Of a stretch of 64,000 bases of DNA, positions 63,498 through 64,000 are shown in pieces (within the stretch, counting starts at the first letter, position 1; each line of letters opens with the position of its first letter). The position numbers were made by a program, and so were the translations under genes. The DNA comes from Candidatus Poseidoniales archaeon (GTDB lineage Archaea; Thermoplasmatota; Poseidoniia; Poseidoniales; Poseidoniaceae), in assembly GCA_003602415.1 (NCBI GenBank), contig QQSK01000011.1:4186-68185 (forward strand). Direction: 5' to 3'. Below the pieces are notes generated by a model. The model saw only the letters and a program-made list of their open reading frames with translations, ran no database searches and had not been told where the DNA came from.

Positions 63498-64000
63498 ATG
63501 GAACACGGAAAGAGTATCGAAGCATTGAGGGACATGGTCTCAAATTTGCGAAAAGAAGGACTCAATTCTCAACAGATTGCTGATGAATTATCACTATCAC
63601 AAGATACTATTTCATGGCTACTTGCTGAAAGCACCAGTAGCGAAAAGCCTCGTGATGTAAGAATTGGTTGGCGGACCATTGGTGTGCGCCCGCAAAGGAT
63701 TGCTGCAATTGGCGCAATAATGGCTGATGTGGTAGCAGAGGAATGCGGGGATAGCATCGATACAGTAGTTGGAGTTTCGATTAATGGCGTTCTATTTGCG
63801 AATGAAGTAGCAAATCAATTGGATTGCGAAGTTGCTATTCATCGAAATGTTGACGGAGGACCAGGTAAAGGTTCTCTTTCAAACAAATATGGACAGGTTT
63901 CAGGAAAGAGAATTGTAATTGTTGATGATGTACTTTCAACTGGAGTAACCATGTCTAGAACTATTGAATCCATGCGAGAATCTGGTGCTCAAGTCGCACT
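63498..64000 (+). CDS. HTH + phosphoribosyltransferase-domain protein (orotate-PRT-like / GfcR-type regulator), partial, runs off the right edge
   Basis: Hand translation: MEHGKSIEALRDMVSNLRKEGLNSQQIADELSLSQDTISWLL..GKRIVIVDDVLSTGVTM (PRPP-binding loop). Absent from the ORF track because there is no stop in the window. Confidence 0.65.
   Translation, partial: MEHGKSIEALRDMVSNLRKEGLNSQQIADELSLSQDTISWLLAESTSSEKPRDVRIGWRTIGVRPQRIAAIGAIMADVVAEECGDSIDTVVGVSINGVLFANEVANQLDCEVAIHRNVDGGPGKGSLSNKYGQVSGKRIVIVDDVLSTGVTMSRTIESMRESGAQVA

Overview
Gene-dense, AT-leaning chromosomal window from an archaeon. The archaeal call rests on aRF1 with NIKS and GGQ, aIF2-beta, a Nog1-type GTPase, XPD/Rad3, an archaeal-type UMP kinase, and TATA-box/leaderless starts mixed with GGAGG-type Shine-Dalgarno starts. 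The giant surface proteins rich in thrombospondin-type-3 repeats and the aerobic-heterotroph gene set suggest a planktonic marine euryarchaeon of the Marine Group II / Poseidoniales kind; this is inference only. I support about 60 CDS and one tRNA-Leu(UAA). There is also one unassigned structured-RNA candidate, and no rRNA, CRISPR, transposase or integrase. Left to right: a partial divergent FtsZ-like gene plus a TPR gene; a five-gene Rieske/cytochrome b operon (860-6657); a six-gene translationally coupled operon of unknown product (7507-12686); a divergent methylmalonyl/propionyl-CoA cluster; gdhA; small regulators; XPD; three adjacent giant surface proteins (23401-37809, 2963, 966 and 807 codons as annotated); lipA plus a four-gene 2-oxoacid dehydrogenase operon; eukaryote-like class Ia RNR; dut, lipB and ubiX; then translation and housekeeping genes. 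The best candidate for something undescribed is the last gene of the Rieske/cyt b operon. It fuses the cytochrome b C-terminal (subunit-IV-like, PDWY) module, through extra TM helices and an outward-facing insert, to a cytoplasmic HdrD/GlpC-type 2x[4Fe-4S] + 2xCCG module, and the operon contains no CXXCH cytochrome c. Secondary leads are the AsnB-like / GshA-like / saccharopine-dehydrogenase-like operon, a ~300-nt hairpin-rich RNA candidate upstream of XPD, recurring small GC hairpins next to ribosome-binding sites, and a SAP-domain membrane protein. All family calls come from motif recognition by eye; no searches were run.
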